NCBI GenBank assembly: GCA_012517285.1
Contig: JAAYVG010000035.1
Coordinates: 7,647-71,646, forward strand
Direction of reading: 5' to 3'
Length of the DNA stretch: 64,000 nt
DNA from: Elusimicrobiota bacterium
GTDB lineage: Bacteria; Elusimicrobiota; Elusimicrobia; Elusimicrobiales; UBA9959
Part shown: in pieces, positions 63,855 to 64,000 of the stretch
How the letters are laid out: each line of letters opens with the position of its first letter
How positions within the stretch are numbered: position 1 is the stretch's first letter
Notes under the pieces: model-generated
The model's database searches: none
The model's input: the letters and a program-made list of their open reading frames with translations, nothing else
What the model was told of the DNA's origin: nothing
Translations under genes and position numbers: made by a program

Positions 63855-64000
63855 TGATTACAAAAAGGAATCTTCTCTGTGTAAAGGCGAAAGAGAAATT
63901 AGACCTTGGCCGTATATTACTCTATGAACCGTATAAAAATATACTGGTAAACTTTAAGAAGTTATGTATTGATGTTAATGCTAAGGATTTTGACCCTGTA
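63855..64000 (+). CDS. Partial ORF downstream of the methyltransferase (candidate restriction endonuclease), truncated by the window end
   Basis: The ATG lies 3 nt after the methyltransferase stop. My own translation gives MITKRNLLCVKAKEKLDLGRILLYEPYKNILVNFKKLCIDVNAKDFDPV... The function is inferred from position only. Confidence 0.35.

Noticed and set aside
1-64000. Search for tRNA, rRNA, tmRNA and RNase P genes.
   Set aside because: The G+C-rich patches I spotted while reading through this AT-rich window (2520-2625, 55355-55480, 56611-56716, 58255-58352 and 61289-61354) are all accounted for by the repeat families. None shows a cloverleaf or other conserved RNA-gene signature by eye. A tRNAscan/Infernal run would be needed to exclude them formally.

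Overview
This is a 64-kb piece of a low-G+C bacterial chromosome, mostly coding on the + strand and dominated by recognisable housekeeping genes. I cannot assign an organism from the sequence alone.

**Gene content, in order:**
- 21-9882: a Tad/Flp pilus locus (flp, tadE-like, cpaB, a very short secretin, a TadZ-like::CpaF fusion, a long TadB, tadC, a TPR protein and a HAMP membrane protein).
- 10231-26260: secA, lnt, mutL, a flippase-like membrane protein, asnB, trmL, pyrD-pyrC, a nitroreductase, an outer-membrane-protein-like gene coupled to an orphan GAF/PAS histidine kinase.
- 26443-36795: an uninterrupted 11-gene block hpf-hprK-rapZ-EIIA-EIIB-GH57-EIIC-EIID-ptsH-ptsI-lepA. A cytoplasmic GH57 glucanotransferase-like gene sits inside a mannose-family PTS operon.
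- 36.8-42.2 kb: a very AT-rich island bounded by inverted repeats. It holds small membrane peptides, a secreted repeat protein, a gene remnant, an ABC ATPase with two ABC-2 permeases, and an unknown protein.
- 42276-53164: a thioesterase, glmU-prs-ctc-pth, pyrB, a large membrane protein, an IMPase, and recN-nadK.
- 53.2-55.3 kb: an IS element with two ORFs and a consensus promoter.
- 55487-64000: buk, ptb, a NadR-like P-loop protein, a SEC-C protein translationally coupled to a PIF1-type helicase with a WYL-like tail, rsmA, an M24 peptidase, and an (S)PPY DNA methyltransferase followed by a partial downstream ORF (probable R-M pair).

I saw no rRNA gene, tRNA gene or CRISPR array.

**Most unusual content.** It is non-coding: several families of structured intergenic repeats.
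- Heptanucleotide-periodic inverted arrays ((NNNCAGA)n ... (TCTGNNN)n) always end right at the Shine-Dalgarno sequence of a gene. There are four loci.
- TIR-bounded elements of 275 and 305 bp (termini GGGGCACTGAAAAAGTCT) are flanked by TAAATA direct repeats, and a 408-bp composite shares the termini. They form or supply stop codons or C-terminal codons of neighbouring genes.
- A twin-hairpin element has mutually complementary loops that co-vary between copies.
- CCTGCC/GGCAGG hairpins occur at two loci.

**Limits.** All protein calls rest on motifs I recognise by eye. No searches or computations were run, and identity counts are hand counts.
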